Shown here piece by piece: positions 63,076 through 64,000 of a DNA stretch of 64,000 nt (position 1 is the first letter of the stretch; each line of letters starts with the position of its first letter). This stretch comes from Gammaproteobacteria bacterium (lineage in GTDB: Bacteria; Pseudomonadota; Gammaproteobacteria; Poriferisulfidales; GCA-002705445): the NCBI GenBank assembly GCA_018674175.1, contig JABHAT010000029.1, positions 57,761-121,760 of the forward strand, given 5' to 3'. The notes beneath the pieces are model-generated. The model was not told where the DNA came from. It ran no database searches and was given only the letters and a program-made list of their open reading frames with translations. The translations under genes were made by a program, and so were the position numbers.

Positions 63076-63498
63076 CTAAAATCCAGCTTTTTTTAATAAT
63101 TCTTTAGCTTTTTCTTTATCTTGTTCTACAGGATTACCTTCCTCATACATCATTGCTAAAGTTGTTAAAGATCCAACTAAACCTTGGCTTGCAGCTTTGG
63201 TATACCAAAGCACGGCGGCATCTCCGTTTTTTTCAGCACAATCACCTTCCATGTACATAAATCCTAAACCATGTTGCGCTAAGGCATGACCGCTCTCGGC
63301 AGCTGCTTTCATCCATTTAAAAGCTAACAATGGATTTGCTTTATTACCCAAACCATTTTGATACATTATCGCACATCTATGTTGAGCTTCTGTATTTCCG
63401 CTTTCTGCAAGTGGTGATAATAGTTGCATTGCTCTAGAAAAATGCTTAGCTTCAAAAGCACTTAAACCACTACTTAATTCGACCTCATCTTTTTTCAT
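63076..63498 (-). CDS. Sel1-repeat protein
   Basis: AE.G..EAQ...MY..G.G, AA..G..LAQ..LG.MY..G, W..KAA.QG. Confidence 0.9.
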   Translation of the reverse strand: MKKDEVELSSGLSAFEAKHFSRAMQLLSPLAESGNTEAQHRCAIMYQNGLGNKANPLLAFKWMKAAAESGHALAQHGLGFMYMEGDCAEKNGDAAVLWYTKAASQGLVGSLTTLAMMYEEGNPVEQDKEKAKELLKKAGF

Positions 63499-63579
63499 TT
63501 TTATATCCCATTAACAATATTTTATTTTGATAGTATATACATATAATATATAAATTATAAATGTTTTGAGGAGAATCAA

Positions 63580-64000
63580 TTGTCAAAAAAAGTTTTGAGA
63601 GGAGCAATTCAGAAGGTTGCCACTGGGCCTGAGTTTAGTAAAAATATATCTGTAGAGGATAGCTATAATTCGATGCTGAGTATTCTTGATAATGATGCTG
63701 ATCCTGTGCAAGCTGCAATTTATTTGATTGCAATGAGAATGAAAAGAGAGACTATGGATGAAAATATAGGCTCCCTTAAAGCATTAATTGATAAATCAAA
63801 TATAATTACTTCTGATGTCGATGAACTTCTTGATATCGCAGAACCATACAATGGTTTTCTTAGGAACACACCATTAAGTGCTTTTCTTCCAGCAGTATTT
63901 GCTTCTATTGGTATTCCTTGTATTACTCATGGAGTAAAAACAGTAGGCCCAAAATTTGGGTTAACTACAAAAAGAATATTAGAAACTGCAGGAATAAATG
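63580..64000 (+). CDS. Anthranilate phosphoribosyltransferase-like (TrpD2/YbiB-like) protein, 5' part; runs off the window
   Basis: GAGGAG RBS then TTG; manual translation MSKKVLRGAIQKVATGPEFSKN...IAMRMKRET..EN...EPYNG..R...HGV...GPKFG. Confidence 0.75.
   Translation, partial: MSKKVLRGAIQKVATGPEFSKNISVEDSYNSMLSILDNDADPVQAAIYLIAMRMKRETMDENIGSLKALIDKSNIITSDVDELLDIAEPYNGFLRNTPLSAFLPAVFASIGIPCITHGVKTVGPKFGLTTKRILETAGIN

Overview
A very AT-rich, densely packed chromosomal segment of mostly housekeeping genes. Gene content and order suggest a genome-streamlined, probably marine, gammaproteobacterium (inference). It holds the cca 3' end, uppP, folB, rpmBG, a tkt-gap-pgk-pyk-fba operon, bioH/bioC/bioD, a complete aa3 cytochrome c oxidase and heme A cluster, rpoH, two M16 peptidases with rsmD-coaD, mutM, ispG, photolyase, cysS-hisI, alr-dnaB-rplI-rpsR-rpsF-rlmB-rnr, thiC, pcm-tolC-waaA with an LPS inner-core cluster, ilvE/ilvD and a Fur-boxed Fe(III) ABC transporter. 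I saw no rRNA, tRNA, CRISPR array, transposase or prophage. The most interesting signals are in intergenic DNA. (1) A candidate light-response module at 31.2-34.1 kb: photolyase, a MerR/LitR-like repressor with a Cys/His C-terminal domain instead of a B12 motif, TGTACA boxes, and a divergent ~75-nt GC-rich two-hairpin RNA that terminates just before an XylA-like ferredoxin. (2) An unannotated 25-aa hydrophobic peptide with a near-consensus sigma70 promoter, an (ATT)9 leader and an AGGA-loop hairpin at 27.9-28.1 kb. (3) A CIRCE operator just upstream of rpoH. (4) An orphan XanB2/Hyg5-type chorismatase. (5) A probable ATT start codon for fbpB. All family assignments come from motif recognition, not database searches.
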